From NCBI GenBank assembly GCA_023485645.1, contig JAMCZM010000016.1, forward strand, positions 3,210 through 39,794: a stretch of DNA of 36,585 nucleotides. Reading direction: 5' to 3'. Shown piece by piece: positions 36,308-36,585 of this stretch; within the stretch, counting starts at the first letter, position 1; each line of letters begins with the position of its first letter. Below the pieces are notes generated by a model. It worked only from the letters and a program-made list of their open reading frames with translations. It did not search any database and was not told the DNA's origin. This DNA is from Candidatus Marsarchaeota archaeon. GTDB lineage: Archaea > Micrarchaeota > Micrarchaeia > Micrarchaeales > Micrarchaeaceae. A program made the position numbers and the translations under genes.

Positions 36308-36351
36308 ATGGGTTTGGGTCCGAAAGGGCCCTCCCCTAATTCATCTTTTTT
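36301..36351 (+). terminator. GC-rich stem-loop with GAAA tetraloop followed by a T6 tract
   Basis: GAATTAG (36301-07) pairs with CTAATTC (36336-42), GGG with CCC, and GGGTCC-GAAA-GGGCCC (36316-31). TTTTTT at 36346-36351. Confidence 0.6.
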
Positions 36352-36400
36352 CATACACTATCAATAAATAAGTTTTCTGGCAAAAGATAATGTTGATTGA

Positions 36401-36585
36401 ATGTCTAATTTAACTAATAGTGACAGTGATTTATCATCGTTTATATCAAGTTTGCCTTACACCTATGAGGTCAGTAACAAAAGTGTAAATATAATATCAG
36501 ATTATAATAAATACGAGGGCAAAAATATCTCAATGGCCGGCAGAGTAATAGCTATAAGAAAGGCAGGGAAATTATTGTTTGTAGA
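36401..36585 (+). CDS. lysS: Class II lysyl-tRNA synthetase, N-terminal anticodon-binding OB fold (partial, runs off the window)
   Basis: Manual translation MSNLTNSDSDLSSFISSLPYTYEVSNKSVNIISDYNKYEGKNISMAGRVIAIRKAGKLLFV. The PY...AGR(V/I)xxxRxxGKxxF pattern fits LysRS-II rather than the GW-containing Asp/AsnRS. Confidence 0.75.
   Translation, partial: MSNLTNSDSDLSSFISSLPYTYEVSNKSVNIISDYNKYEGKNISMAGRVIAIRKAGKLLFV

Noticed and set aside
36292..36400. Programmed frameshift or stop readthrough at C6 plus hairpin fusing the wHTH gene to lysS
   Set aside because: Both shifted frames hit stop codons before 36401, and the hairpin starts immediately at the C run without a spacer.

Overview
AT-rich archaeal chromosomal segment. 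Gene content and style (top6B, Dim2/PNO1-type KH protein, TrmI, archaeal topA, TATA boxes, GGTGA ribosome-binding sites, Asn/Ser/Thr-rich surface proteins) point to a small host-dependent DPANN archaeon, most plausibly Micrarchaeota; the taxon is inference. Left to right: two giant membrane-anchored surface proteins (to 7.9 kb); trmI and topA; a putative surface-glycan modification cluster (small DMT flippase-like pair, radical SAM, GT2, GT-C-type transferase, carbamoyltransferase; 11-17 kb); a co-oriented ~16 kb locus (17.2-33.3 kb); then top6B, a KH protein, a coiled-coil/wHTH protein and the 5' end of a class II LysRS. The 16 kb locus is the main candidate for an undescribed system. It encodes a VirB2/TrbC-like pilin, six tandem paralogous VirB6/CedA-like membrane proteins (one split by a 1-nt frameshift), two paralogous membrane-anchored partners, a VirB4/HerA-type ATPase, a free-standing copy of the ATPase C-terminal domain and several accessory proteins. 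No relaxase, coupling protein or integrase is visible in the window, so it looks like a domesticated T4SS/Ced-like contact or transfer machine. All family calls come from reading motifs by eye; no searches were run.
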